Of a DNA stretch of 42,370 bases, positions 27,590-40,688 are shown one piece after another. Below the pieces are notes generated by a model. It had not been told where the DNA came from and made no database searches. It saw only the letters and a program-made list of their open reading frames with translations. How positions within the stretch are numbered: the first letter of the stretch is position 1; every line of letters starts with the position of its first letter. Location: contig CAWUNX010000001.1 in the NCBI GenBank assembly GCA_963923905.1, forward strand, positions 1 to 42,370, read 5' to 3'. The translations under genes and the position numbers were made by a program. Source of the DNA: an uncultured Methylocucumis sp. Lineage in GTDB: Bacteria > Pseudomonadota > Gammaproteobacteria > Methylococcales > Methylomonadaceae.

Positions 27590-27958
27590 TTATTTCAAGG
27601 CAATTGTTTCCACGCGGTCTTGCACGGTTAAAGTGATTTTATCTTCTTGTGCTAGCCAACCTATGCTGCGTTGAATGACTTTCTCTTCTTCTGCTAACTC
27701 TCTAACCAGTTTTGCAACAGAGCAGGGGCCATTCGCTGATAGGTGGCGCCAGATATTGCCAGCTGTTAAGCCAATGCGTTCAGGCATGGGCAGAGTAGAG
27801 GTTTCAATGCTGGCTTCAGGCACTGGTTCGGCAACTACCGGTGCTGGTGCTGGTTTTTTGGCCGGTGCTTTGGGTTTTTCTGTGACCGCAACAGGTGCTT
27901 CGGCTTTTGCTTTGCTAGGTTTTTTGTCGGATTCAGGGGTTGCTTTGGTTTTTTTCAT
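27590..27958 (-). CDS. Winged-helix protein (DUF2582-like) with Lys/Ala/Pro-rich N-terminal tail
   Basis: IGLTAGNIWRHL...IGWLAQEDKI signature; low-complexity KKPSKAKAEAP..KAPAKKPAPAP N-terminus. Confidence 0.8.
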   Translation of the reverse strand: MKKTKATPESDKKPSKAKAEAPVAVTEKPKAPAKKPAPAPVVAEPVPEASIETSTLPMPERIGLTAGNIWRHLSANGPCSVAKLVRELAEEEKVIQRSIGWLAQEDKITLTVQDRVETIALK

Positions 27959-28001
27959 GGTTAACGTCCAATATTAGAGGAGGAAGAAAAGGTTTACGCT
28001 A

Positions 28002-29348
28002 TTATTCATGGCTTATCGTCGAATGCCAATAGGTTTTCTCGGTATAACGTCGGCTATACATGCTAAAAGCGATTGCTGTTAATAGCATTAAACCAGTAAA
28101 TAAGCCAAAATACGCCGCGCCTGTTAGCCAGGTATGGCTTGCGCTATGCTCAAGTATAAAATTAATAAGGCTGGTGAGTAAATTGCCGACACCGACTGAA
28201 GCTAAATAAAAGGCCATGATAAGCGATTTAATGGCATAAGGTGCTTGGGTGTAAGAAAATTCTAAGCAGGTCACCGAAATCATGATTTCCGCCGAGGTTA
28301 ATAAAACATAGGCGGGTAATTGCCATGCTATGCTCAGCGTCATGCCATGGTCAATCTGTAGCTGAACCCAGGTTACCCAGGCAAAGGCTAGGGCAGCGAT
28401 AAATAAACCCATAGTCATTTTATTCATATACGTCAAAGGCCAATAGCGATTAAGTTTTGGATAAAGCCACTGATAAAATAACGGCGTTAATAACATAATT
28501 AACAAGGGATTAGCCGCTTGTAATTGCGCCGGTAATAGTGTGATACCGAAAATTTGGTTATGTAAATGCTCAGCCTGCAACACCCATGCAGAGCCAATTT
28601 GATCGAATAATGACCAAAACACCGCAATGAAGCCATAAATGCTAAGTAGCGGAATAACAGTTGTTGTGCCGGTATGCTTTAAGCTAGCGTAGATAGCCTT
28701 AAACCCCGCTGCTGGTATGTGGACGAAACGATAACGCCCTGACCAAAAAATGAATGTTGCTAACGCCATTAAAACACCTGGCAAAGCAAACGCATAGGCA
28801 GCGCCATAATGCTCTAGCAACCAAGGCACTAATAGCATGGAGATAAACGCTCCAGTATTAATTGCGAGGTAAAACCAGCTAAACACGCTATTAAGTTTAG
28901 CTTGGTTGCTGTCGCTAAATTGGTCGCCTAAATGCGCCGATACGCAGGGCTTAATACCTCCCGCGCCTAACGCGATTAAGCTTTGGCCTATTAATAAACC
29001 GGTGCGCGTAATATCGAGTGCTAAGACAAAATGACCAAGGCAATACACTAATGACAATAAGATAATTGTCCGGTATTTGCCTAAACAGCCGTCAGCTAAT
29101 AATGCACCGAAAAAAGGTGTGAAATAGGTGATGGCAATGAATAAATGATAATAAGCGGTGGCGGTTTCAGGCGACATTGAGTCCGGTTGACCTTGAGCAT
29201 CGACTAGATAATGGGTCATGAAGACTATTAAAATAGCGCGCATACCATAATAACTAAACCGTTCCGCCAGCTCATTGGCGATAATGAATGGAATGCCTTC
29301 GGGAATAGTTGCTGAGTTTATAGGTGTCGTGCGATAAGAATGGCTCAC
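28002..29348 (-). CDS. Proton-dependent oligopeptide transporter (POT/PTR2, MFS)
   Basis: ExxERFSYYG (ELAERFSYYGMR), GGIKPCVSA..GDQF, FYLAIN.G, EFSYTQAP. Probable GTG start at 29348. Confidence 0.92.
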   Translation of the reverse strand: MSHSYRTTPINSATIPEGIPFIIANELAERFSYYGMRAILIVFMTHYLVDAQGQPDSMSPETATAYYHLFIAITYFTPFFGALLADGCLGKYRTIILLSLVYCLGHFVLALDITRTGLLIGQSLIALGAGGIKPCVSAHLGDQFSDSNQAKLNSVFSWFYLAINTGAFISMLLVPWLLEHYGAAYAFALPGVLMALATFIFWSGRYRFVHIPAAGFKAIYASLKHTGTTTVIPLLSIYGFIAVFWSLFDQIGSAWVLQAEHLHNQIFGITLLPAQLQAANPLLIMLLTPLFYQWLYPKLNRYWPLTYMNKMTMGLFIAALAFAWVTWVQLQIDHGMTLSIAWQLPAYVLLTSAEIMISVTCLEFSYTQAPYAIKSLIMAFYLASVGVGNLLTSLINFILEHSASHTWLTGAAYFGLFTGLMLLTAIAFSMYSRRYTEKTYWHSTISHE

Positions 29349-29483
29349 AAAAAACCTCGATGCTTGCAGTGGTGTTGGTTGTGAATTACACCATACACGT
29401 CGGCTATAACCTATTGGCTGATTGAGCTTCTGTGTGTTAACGTTCAATCAAACTGTGTTTTTTTGCTTGTATCTGGAATTAAT

Positions 29484-29984
29484 ATGAATAAAATCAATGT
29501 ATTATTTGTTTGTATGGGTAATATTTGCCGCTCGCCCACGGCTGAAGGTGTGTTTACTAAGCTGATTGAGGAAAAAGGTATCACGGAGCGCTTTGTCGTC
29601 GATTCGGCGGGGACTCATGCTTATCATGTCGGTGACGCACCGGATCTACGCGCGCAACGTGCTGCGCGTGAACGTGAGATAGATATTTCATGTTTAAGAG
29701 CTAGACGCGTGTCTGAAGCTGATTTTGAGACGTTCGATTATATTTTAGCGATGGATGACGATAACATGAGCTTGCTAAGCCAAATGTGCCCTAGTCATCA
29801 TCAGCATAAAGTACGCTTATTTTTGGACTTTGCGTTAAACACTCAAACCCGCGAAGTGCCTGACCCTTATTATGGTGGCCCAGCTGGGTTTGAGCGGGTA
29901 TTAGACTTAATTGAAGATGCGTCTTTGGGTTTTTTAAGCTACTTGCAAGAGGTACGCAAATTACCTTATATGGCAAGAGTTTAA
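29484..29984 (+). CDS. Low-molecular-weight protein-tyrosine phosphatase
   Basis: VCMGNICRSP, DSAGT, VPDPYYGG. Confidence 0.95.
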   Translation: MNKINVLFVCMGNICRSPTAEGVFTKLIEEKGITERFVVDSAGTHAYHVGDAPDLRAQRAAREREIDISCLRARRVSEADFETFDYILAMDDDNMSLLSQMCPSHHQHKVRLFLDFALNTQTREVPDPYYGGPAGFERVLDLIEDASLGFLSYLQEVRKLPYMARV

Positions 29985-29996
29985 CAGGGGGATAAC

Positions 29997-30716
29997 ATGG
30001 CGATTATTAGCAATACCGTTAATTACCTAGATCAAGACACTGTTTTGGAAGCGTTATTTGCATTCGATGATGCGCAATCCGGGCCAAGACCTGCGGTGTT
30101 AATCAGTCATGCGTGGGGTGGGCGTGACGCGTTTGTTGCTGAAAAAGCTCAGCGTTTAGCTGAATTGGGTTATGTCGGGTTTGCGTTGGATATGTACGGT
30201 AAAGGTGTGTTAGGCGCTACGCCTGAGGAAAACTCTAAACTGATGCAACCGTTTATCGATGACAGGGCGTTATTGCAACGGCGGATGCTGGCGGCATTAA
30301 CCGCCGTTAAAAATTTACCTTGGGTCGATAGTGGCAAAATCGCCGCAATTGGCTTTTGTTTCGGCGGGCTGTGCGTGTTGGACTTGGCGCGTACGGGTGC
30401 AGATATTTGTGGTGTCGTCAGTTTTCACGGCTTATTTATGCCCGCTGAAAATATTCAAGGTACGGCAATCAATGCAAAAGTATTAGCGATACACGGTCAT
30501 GATGACCCTATGGTGCCAGTTGAGCAGGTTGTCGCTTTAGAGCGTGAACTCACTGAGGCCGGTGCAGATTGGCAGTTATTAACTTTTGGTCATACGATGC
30601 ATGCCTTTACTAATCCGGCTGCTAATAACCCGGATTTCGGTACGGTGTATAAACCCATAGCTGATCAACGCTCTTGGTTAGCGATGAAGGGGTTTTTAGC
30701 GGAGATTTTTGTTTAA
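29997..30716 (+). CDS. Dienelactone hydrolase family protein
   Basis: GFCFGG nucleophile, HGHDDP, HAFTNP. Confidence 0.93.
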   Translation: MAIISNTVNYLDQDTVLEALFAFDDAQSGPRPAVLISHAWGGRDAFVAEKAQRLAELGYVGFALDMYGKGVLGATPEENSKLMQPFIDDRALLQRRMLAALTAVKNLPWVDSGKIAAIGFCFGGLCVLDLARTGADICGVVSFHGLFMPAENIQGTAINAKVLAIHGHDDPMVPVEQVVALERELTEAGADWQLLTFGHTMHAFTNPAANNPDFGTVYKPIADQRSWLAMKGFLAEIFV

Positions 30717-30832
30717 GTTCAGGGGTATTGCTGGCGGCCTATTGAGAACTGAAATAACCAAACTTAATTTCCTGTAATCTAAGAAGTACAGAATAGATTT
30801 TAAGATAGGAGGCGTATTCGTTTTTTTGTTGG

Positions 30833-31288
30833 TTAATCGACTTTGGGCAGCAACCCGTCATGCGACAACAATAAATTGGTAAACGGATGATAAGTTTTCC
30901 ACCGATAAGCATGAAAATCACGCTTATCGGTGGAGACAATCCGCCCATGCCCTAATTCTTCCGCGAGTAACACTAATGAAGCATCCGCTAAATCCATCGG
31001 CAAATCAGCGTATTGCTTCATTAGTGTGCATATTCTTGGCAAGTGTACGTCGTTGATAGTAAAAAGATTAAACAATCCGGCTTGCTGTGCCGTTAAAAAA
31101 TCAGTGGCTTTTAGCGCGTGACAGCGCACTTGTAACAAATAGCAAACTTCTGTTACGACGGGCATGGCAGTGATAAACGAGTCGTTTGTCGTCAACACAA
31201 ATCTTCGTGCCGTTTCATGATGCTTGTCCCGACGGTCAAGCAGCGCCACCCAAAATCCTGAATCGGCAATAATCACCGACTGTTCCAC
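30833..31288 (-). CDS. vapC: PIN-domain VapC toxin
   Basis: IIADSG, VVTEVCYLL, YADLPMDLADASLV, STDKRDF (acidic PIN residues). Confidence 0.9.
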   Translation of the reverse strand: MEQSVIIADSGFWVALLDRRDKHHETARRFVLTTNDSFITAMPVVTEVCYLLQVRCHALKATDFLTAQQAGLFNLFTINDVHLPRICTLMKQYADLPMDLADASLVLLAEELGHGRIVSTDKRDFHAYRWKTYHPFTNLLLSHDGLLPKVD

Positions 31289-31542
31289 AAATGTTGCTTA
31301 TAATTTTCAGATAAAGTCCCATCACCTTCCATGCAACCTAGAAGTCCAAACTCATCCATAAGGTTCAGCATTTGCGCGCCTTTTGTCTGGTTTTCTTGGC
31401 TTGAAGCTATGGACTCGGTTGTTTGGAGTTTTCCGCGTGCCAATTTAAGGTGTAAAAATTCAATAAAATCTAACGCTTCTTGCTGCTCACGCTCAGGCAA
31501 TATTAATAACTGCTGAGTGATTTCTTGGGCAGATAGGCTCAT
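31273..31542 (-). CDS. Putative VapB-type antitoxin (DUF2281-like N-terminus)
   Basis: LPEREQQEALDFIEFL; C-terminal GLLGCMEGDGTLSENYK; overlaps the vapC start; GGAG RBS. Confidence 0.75.
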   Translation of the reverse strand: MSLSAQEITQQLLILPEREQQEALDFIEFLHLKLARGKLQTTESIASSQENQTKGAQMLNLMDEFGLLGCMEGDGTLSENYKQHLWNSR

Positions 31543-31647
31543 TTGGTTAACTCCATTGGATATTTAGAGAGATTTTACCTAACACGCGCTTCTCGTATCA
31601 ATCTAAGTTAAGTCGGAGTGCAATGGTTCCAGTAAAACAGATTTGCC

Positions 31648-32136
31648 TTAATCAAATGCTCGACCATCTTTTCTACTAAATAGCCAAACGCCTTCTGGGT
31701 TGTTGGCTTGTAAATCCTCTTCAGGGTAGGTGACGCAATCGCCTAGCGTACGGTCACCGACTTCTAAATACCAAGCATCTTCTGGGCTTTGATTGATTAG
31801 CCTATGCGCATTACCGGAGCCGGCGGGAAACCCGGCGCACATGCCGGGTTGTAACAAGGTATCGCCGTCATCGGTTTGCAAGGTAGGGTAGCCCTGGAGG
31901 ATATAAACAAATTCGTCTTGTTTTTCGTGCGCATGACGTAACGCGGAAATGGCAACGGGTGCGAGTCGGGTTAAGTTAACGCCAAAGTTTTTTAACCCGA
32001 ATACCTCACCGAGTGTGCGTTTGTCTCGACCGGCTAATAAATCGCCAATTTTATCGGTAATGACTGTAGGGTAAGCCGATTTTTTCGCGCGTGGCTCGAC
32101 TTGATGCGCATGAACTGCTAGTGGTTTTTCAGTCAT
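31648..32136 (-). CDS. Cupin-domain protein (COG3837-like)
   Basis: GLKNFGVNLTRL.P...SALRHAHEKQDEFVYIL.G, CAGFPAG...AHRL.N, YLEVGDR; GGAGG RBS before ATG 32136. Confidence 0.88.
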   Translation of the reverse strand: MTEKPLAVHAHQVEPRAKKSAYPTVITDKIGDLLAGRDKRTLGEVFGLKNFGVNLTRLAPVAISALRHAHEKQDEFVYILQGYPTLQTDDGDTLLQPGMCAGFPAGSGNAHRLINQSPEDAWYLEVGDRTLGDCVTYPEEDLQANNPEGVWLFSRKDGRAFD

Positions 32137-32164
32137 ATAAGCCTCCCGCCTAATGCTATCCGTT

Positions 32165-33838
32165 TTAAAATAAACCGCTAATCCGGCCTGCATCGTCAAT
32201 GTCAATTCGTTCTGCGGCGGGTACTTTAGGTAAGCCTGGCATGGTCATCATGTCACCTGCAATGGCAACGATAAAGCCTGCGCCATTGGCTAGGCGTACA
32301 TCGCTGATTTCGACGGTATGGCCTGACGGTGCGCCTTTAGCGTTTGGATCGGTGGAGAATGACATTTGCGTTTTAGCCATGCAGATAGGAAAACGGCCAT
32401 AATTTTGTTGCCAAGCTTTCAGCTGGGTTTTGACTTTAGCGCCTGCCGTAACAGTACCTGCACCGTACAGTTTAGTCGCAATCGTCGTGATTTTGTCCCA
32501 TAAGCTTAACTCATCGTCGTAAACATAGTTGATGGTGGGTGGATTATTGTCAACTACGTTCGCGACGGCTTGGGCGAGCGCTTCAGCACCCGCACCACCG
32601 TGTGCCCAATGCTTAGAAATAACGCAGGTTGCGCCTAAGTCAGTGCAACGTTGGGTTAACCAGGTTAATTCCGCTTCGGTATCAAAACTAAAATGATTAA
32701 CGCATATCACACAAGGTAAGCCGTAATGCTGCGTAATGTTGTGATAATGCCGTTGTAAATTGCTAAAGCCTTGCTCTAAGGCGGTTAGATTTTCTTGGTT
32801 TAACACTTCTTTAGCCACGCCGCCATGAAACTTTAATGCGCGTATTGTCGCGACTAGCACGACTGCTGAAGGTTTTAAGCCTGTCATACGGCATTTTATG
32901 TCGATGAATTTCTCTGCGCCTAAGTCAGCACCAAACCCAGCCTCAGTGACTACATAGTCCGCTAATTTGAGTGCGGTTTTTGTTGCCGTGACGGTATTGC
33001 AACCATGGGCGATATTGGCAAATGGTCCGCCGTGAATAATGGCTAAGTTGTTTTCTAAGGTTTGGACAAAATTCGGTTTTATCGCGTCTTTTAATAACGC
33101 TGCCATTGCGCCGTGTGCGTTTAAATCGCTGGCATAGACCGGCGTTACTTTGTCGGATTTATAGCCTATAACAATACGGCCTAAGCGTTGTTTTAAATCG
33201 GCTAAGCTGGTGGCTAAACATAAAATAGCCATAACCTCAGAGGCTACCACAATGTCAAAACCATCTTCGCGTAAATAGCCGTTAGCGGCACCGCCCATAC
33301 CCACAACAATATGGCGCAAGGCTCTATCGTTCATATCGACGACGCGTTTCCATTGAATACGCCTTGGGTCAATATCTAAGGCATTGCCGTGGTTGATATG
33401 GTTATCAATCAGTGCTGATAATAAGTTATGTGCAACACCTATGGCATGAAAATCTCCGGTGAAATGTAGATTAATATCTTCCATAGGCACGACTTGCGCA
33501 TAACCACCGCCTGCTGCACCGCCTTTAACGCCAAAACAAGGCCCTAATGAGGGTTCGCGTAAGCACATGATGGTTTTTTTGCCAATACGGTTTAACGCAT
33601 CACCTAAGCCAACTGTTGTTGTGGTTTTGCCTTCGCCGGCGGGCGTAGGGCTAATCGCGGTCACTAAAATGAGTTTGCCATCCGGTTTATTTTGTAGGCT
33701 GTTGATATAATCTAACGATAACTTCGCTTTATAATGACCAATAGGATCTAAATGTTCGGCGGCTATCCCAAATAATTCTTGGGCTAAGCCGATAATCGGT
33801 TGCATTTTAGCTTGCTGCGCAATCGCTATATCTGACAT
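32165..33838 (-). CDS. fhs: Formate--tetrahydrofolate ligase
   Basis: [62 protein letters not shown]. Confidence 0.98.
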   Translation of the reverse strand: MSDIAIAQQAKMQPIIGLAQELFGIAAEHLDPIGHYKAKLSLDYINSLQNKPDGKLILVTAISPTPAGEGKTTTTVGLGDALNRIGKKTIMCLREPSLGPCFGVKGGAAGGGYAQVVPMEDINLHFTGDFHAIGVAHNLLSALIDNHINHGNALDIDPRRIQWKRVVDMNDRALRHIVVGMGGAANGYLREDGFDIVVASEVMAILCLATSLADLKQRLGRIVIGYKSDKVTPVYASDLNAHGAMAALLKDAIKPNFVQTLENNLAIIHGGPFANIAHGCNTVTATKTALKLADYVVTEAGFGADLGAEKFIDIKCRMTGLKPSAVVLVATIRALKFHGGVAKEVLNQENLTALEQGFSNLQRHYHNITQHYGLPCVICVNHFSFDTEAELTWLTQRCTDLGATCVISKHWAHGGAGAEALAQAVANVVDNNPPTINYVYDDELSLWDKITTIATKLYGAGTVTAGAKVKTQLKAWQQNYGRFPICMAKTQMSFSTDPNAKGAPSGHTVEISDVRLANGAGFIVAIAGDMMTMPGLPKVPAAERIDIDDAGRISGLF

Positions 33839-34031
33839 GGAGGCTCTCTGAGATAAATAAAACGTCAATTATACTCATGACGTAGCATCTAGGCATTAGC
33901 AATCCTGGTTTCTTTTGACTATGACTAGACGAATGCCTGCCGACCAGCCAAAATAATACACACTATTCTGCGTTAGTTGCGTTACTCGTTCTGTTGGTAA
34001 CCCTTTTTATCATCATCTTTGGAGAGCTATC

Positions 34032-34406
34032 ATGTCTTTAGCAAGCAAATTAGTCGTATATACTGCGTTATTGAGCTCATTTAACGTCGCATTAGCAGGA
34101 ACATTAAACAATGGTCAATGGACAGCAAGTTCTTGTAATACCTTGTCTGAGCCTCCTGTGCTTGAAACTAACGGTAGCATCGATGATTATAATGCCAGTA
34201 TAAAGTCGATTAATGATTGGCAGTTACAAGCGCAAAAATACTTTGATTGTTTGACTAAAGAAGCTAATGATGACAGCCAGGCTATCAGTGGCGCAGTTAA
34301 TCAAGAACGCTCTAAATTTAATGACACGGTAGAAAAGCTTCATGCCGAAGCGGCCGCTTCCCGTTTTAATAAACAACCCGCTACAGAATCAACTGACTCT
34401 GAGTGA
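34032..34406 (+). CDS. Secreted/periplasmic hypothetical protein, helical, two Cys
   Basis: GGAG RBS; signal peptide ending VALA-G; two cysteines (SC..EPP, YFDCL). Confidence 0.75.
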   Translation: MSLASKLVVYTALLSSFNVALAGTLNNGQWTASSCNTLSEPPVLETNGSIDDYNASIKSINDWQLQAQKYFDCLTKEANDDSQAISGAVNQERSKFNDTVEKLHAEAAASRFNKQPATESTDSE

Positions 34407-34479
34407 TATGGCATGGTTTTGCTTAAAAATTCCATCACAGCGCTTAAAGTCTTATGACGAATAGCGCCAAGTCGATTAA

Positions 34480-36222
<1,743 letters not shown>

Positions 36223-36240
36223 TTTTTAGGACAACGCACT

Positions 36241-37074
36241 ATGCAATTATGCGGTTTTGAAGTCGGCTTGAATCAGCCATTATTTTTAATAGCAGGGCCT
36301 TGCGTGATAGAAAGCGAGCAATTAGCGCTAGATACGGCAGGGCAATTAAAAGAAATGACCGCCGCGCTGAATATTCCTTTTATTTACAAAAGCTCGTTTG
36401 ATAAAGCCAATCGATCTTCTATGAGTAGTTTTAGAGGCTTAGGGTTAGAAACCGGCTTGGCTATTTTAGAAAAAGTTAAACAGCAAATAGGCGTTCCTGT
36501 GCTTACCGATGTGCATGAAGATACGCCGTTAAACGAAGTCGCTGCGGTGGTTGATGTTATGCAAACCCCAGCATTTCTATGTAGACAAACGAATTTTATC
36601 CAAAGTGTCGCTGCGCAAGGTTTGCCGGTTAATATTAAAAAAGGCCAGTTTTTAGCACCTTGGGATATGGCGAATGTTGCTGATAAAGCGAAAGCCACAG
36701 GTAACCAGCAAATTATGGTGTGTGAACGCGGTGTATCGTTTGGTTATAACAACTTAGTCTCTGATATGCGCTCATTAGCCGTCATGCGCGACACGGGTTG
36801 TCCTGTGGTGTTTGATGCCACGCATTCGGTGCAATTACCTGGCGGCCAAGGCAGTTGTTCAGGTGGTCAACGGGAATTTGTACCCGTATTAGCACGCGCC
36901 GCTGTTGCGGTTGGCATTGCCGGTATATTTATGGAAACGCATCCTAATCCAGCCGAAGCTAAAAGCGATGGCCCTAACTCATGGCCTATACATAGAATGC
37001 GCGAATTATTAGAAACCTTGTTAACGTTAGATAAAGCCGTCAAAAACACGCCGTTCATTGAAACCACGTTATAA
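36241..37074 (+). CDS. kdsA: KDO 8-phosphate synthase
   Basis: [42 protein letters not shown]; follows pyrG. Confidence 0.98.
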   Translation: MQLCGFEVGLNQPLFLIAGPCVIESEQLALDTAGQLKEMTAALNIPFIYKSSFDKANRSSMSSFRGLGLETGLAILEKVKQQIGVPVLTDVHEDTPLNEVAAVVDVMQTPAFLCRQTNFIQSVAAQGLPVNIKKGQFLAPWDMANVADKAKATGNQQIMVCERGVSFGYNNLVSDMRSLAVMRDTGCPVVFDATHSVQLPGGQGSCSGGQREFVPVLARAAVAVGIAGIFMETHPNPAEAKSDGPNSWPIHRMRELLETLLTLDKAVKNTPFIETTL

Positions 37075-37244
37075 CATTATGGCTGGGGTTTGTTATGCCT
37101 GTTATTTTAAATGATGAAATCGGGCAATATCAACTCATCACGAGCTTTGCTGGCGATGATATTGCAAGCCCCGTATTATTCTCGAATTTAGCTATTGAAT
37201 TAGCTGATTTATTTAAAGATAACATCTAATTATGCATCATAAAT

Positions 37245-37709
37245 ATGGGTAAAGCGAGTCGCAAAAAACACCAACAACGTCACCAAAAGAACGTAATAGA
37301 AAAATACGGCAATGTTAAATTATCCGATGCCATTTCCTATTTGTGCGAGCCTCATGAGCAAAGTTATAACTATAATGAAACGGGATACCGGAATTTAATC
37401 ATGCTGGCGGTTTTTGCATGGAATATCGCGTTAAAACAAGATCTCGAAATCAGAGAAAATATGATAACCGAGTTTCTTGAAAATTTATTGAAACAATCTA
37501 GCACTGATTTTGGGACTGTTGATTTATTAGAGTCTGAAACAGCGCAAACACTACGCGGATTACATTCTATAATGAATGAGTTCATCAGCCGTAAAGATTT
37601 GTATTACCCCAACGATGATCGTGTCATCATCGATTTCACCCTCAGGCCGAAAGGTTCTGGTTACTATTTACAAATTAAATCGATTATTCCGCAACGTAAT
37701 GCGGACTAA
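37245..37709 (+). CDS. Hypothetical protein inserted between kdsA and eno
   Basis: 154-aa AT-rich ORF; basic N-terminus MGKASRKK; AWNIAL and RK..YYPNDDRVI.DF segments look conserved-family-like. Confidence 0.7.
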   Translation: MGKASRKKHQQRHQKNVIEKYGNVKLSDAISYLCEPHEQSYNYNETGYRNLIMLAVFAWNIALKQDLEIRENMITEFLENLLKQSSTDFGTVDLLESETAQTLRGLHSIMNEFISRKDLYYPNDDRVIIDFTLRPKGSGYYLQIKSIIPQRNAD

Positions 37710-39062
<1,353 letters not shown>

Positions 39063-39069
39063 ATACTGT

Positions 39070-39094
39070 GTAGGGTACGCGATGCGTACCCTAC
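39070..39094. repeat. GTAG-family REP-like perfect palindrome
   Basis: GTAGGGTACGC-GAT-GCGTACCCTAC, 7 nt after the eno stop codon, with no U-tract. Confidence 0.7.
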
Positions 39095-39150
39095 CTAATT
39101 CCAAATATTGGCTTCGTGCCATCTCTTTTTGCTTGGCTTAAGCGAACTCC

Positions 39151-39420
39151 ATGAATGTGCTTATTGTCATTTTTATTGTCTTAATTGCCCATTTGCAATA
39201 CCGCTTATGGTTAGGTGAAGACAGTTTCCCCCGTATTCAAGCGGCTGAACAGCGCTTAGCATCTTTGAAAAAACAAGTCGAAGAAAAACAACAGCGAAAT
39301 ATGGCTTTATATGCTGAAATTGAAGACTTACGCGCTGGTCAAGAAGCGCTTGAAGAGCGTGCGCGTAACGAGTTGGGTATGATTAAAGAACATGAAACCT
39401 TTTTTCAGGTATTGGAATGA
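39151..39420 (+). CDS. ftsB: Cell division protein FtsB
   Basis: TM helix + LQYRLW.G, coiled coil, EERARNELGMIK..ETFF; follows eno. Confidence 0.95.
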   Translation: MNVLIVIFIVLIAHLQYRLWLGEDSFPRIQAAEQRLASLKKQVEEKQQRNMALYAEIEDLRAGQEALEERARNELGMIKEHETFFQVLE

Positions 39421-40625
39421 AAAAGCTGTTTATTCATGCCGGTTTCGATAAATGCGGCAGTAGCTCGATTCAAACATTTTTATGCCAACACGAGTTTTAT
39501 CACGGTGTTAATGGCGAGAAGATATATTACGCAGCATTATGGCATGATCGGATTTTATGGGGTAAGGAGTTGCTTAAAAACGCTAAGCAACGTCCTCATG
39601 GTTATCGCGCGTCTATTCCATTAGCGGCCTTAAGCCCATCACCTCAGGAATACTTAGCCACGATTGGTAAGCAATTACTTGAGATATTGGAGCAGCATCC
39701 GGTTATTATTTCGCGTGAAGCTTGGAGTTATGAGTTTGATCATTGGGAAAGTATCCGTTTTTTTCAAGAGCATAACATCGATGTGACATTTATTTTTTAT
39801 ATTCGCCCGCCAGCTACTTGGTTAAATAGTGCCTGGTGGCAATGGGGTGCTTGGTCGGGTTTAGCATTAGATGATTGGCTTGAGCAGTATTTTACGGCGG
39901 CAGATTATGGTGAGCGCATTCATGCTTTTAACAGCTTAACGTGGGCTAAAGTCCATACTCGTTTGTTAACACCTGATTTATTAACCGATTTTACTAAGCT
40001 GGTGGGAATTGATTTAGCTCGTTATCAAGAGCTACAAGTCGTTGCCAACAAAAGCTTGCCGAATAGCATTTTACGGTTTTATCAAACACATCGCCAATTT
40101 AGGCCAGAGTCTCATATGCCCAAAGTCGATTTTATTGTTGAAAAATACTTACACCTAGACGGTAAACCCGACTGGATATTAAACCAACATCAAGTTGAGC
40201 GCATTATTGAGAAATCTAAGCTGAATAGCCATTTCTTATTAAGCTATATTGATGCTGACCAAAAAGACCAGTTATTAGCCGATCAGCGGTTTTGGGATGC
40301 AAAAGCGTTTGCTCATCTCGATGTCAAGCCAGTAGATAAGGTGTTGCCCAGCTATGAAGAGCTAGATGCGATTGCGGTTGCCAGTTTAAATGCGCTGACT
40401 TATACCGTAGAAGCATTAGAAGCTCTGAAGGCTGAGCGTAATCCTATCTTCGATAACGCCGATTTATGGCGTGATTTAGCGTTACATGTCGAAAAGCAAA
40501 ACGTTGAATTGGCATTACAGCTTATGAAGCAGGCTTATAAGTTACGTCCCGATGGCAAATTAATTAACCAAAAGTTAGTGGCTTATGAAGCTCGGTTGGC
40601 AAAGAATGCTCAGCAAAAATCTTAA
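39417..40625 (+). CDS. Sulfotransferase-like P-loop protein with C-terminal TPR-like helices (possible surface-glycan modification)
   Basis: N-terminal LFIHAGFDKCGSSSIQ (H.G..K.GSS.IQ type), IISRE, YIRPP..WL.S.W; C-terminal ADLWRDLAL..EK....AL.LM..A..LRP.G. Confidence 0.6.
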   Translation: MKKLFIHAGFDKCGSSSIQTFLCQHEFYHGVNGEKIYYAALWHDRILWGKELLKNAKQRPHGYRASIPLAALSPSPQEYLATIGKQLLEILEQHPVIISREAWSYEFDHWESIRFFQEHNIDVTFIFYIRPPATWLNSAWWQWGAWSGLALDDWLEQYFTAADYGERIHAFNSLTWAKVHTRLLTPDLLTDFTKLVGIDLARYQELQVVANKSLPNSILRFYQTHRQFRPESHMPKVDFIVEKYLHLDGKPDWILNQHQVERIIEKSKLNSHFLLSYIDADQKDQLLADQRFWDAKAFAHLDVKPVDKVLPSYEELDAIAVASLNALTYTVEALEALKAERNPIFDNADLWRDLALHVEKQNVELALQLMKQAYKLRPDGKLINQKLVAYEARLAKNAQQKS

Positions 40626-40688
40626 TGATTGCTGTAATAGCAGTGCTTAATTGCTGCGCCATTGCAATGACAAGGTGGTTAAGCTAGG

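Noticed and set aside
33839-34031. ZTP (pfl) or THF riboswitch upstream of fhs
   Set aside because: No recognisable consensus elements, and a TATAAT lies only ~30 nt from the start codon, leaving no room. An Rfam scan would settle it.
34409-34424. Sigma54 promoter TGGCATGGTTTTGC upstream of pyrG
   Set aside because: GG-to-GC spacing is 9 nt rather than the required 10.
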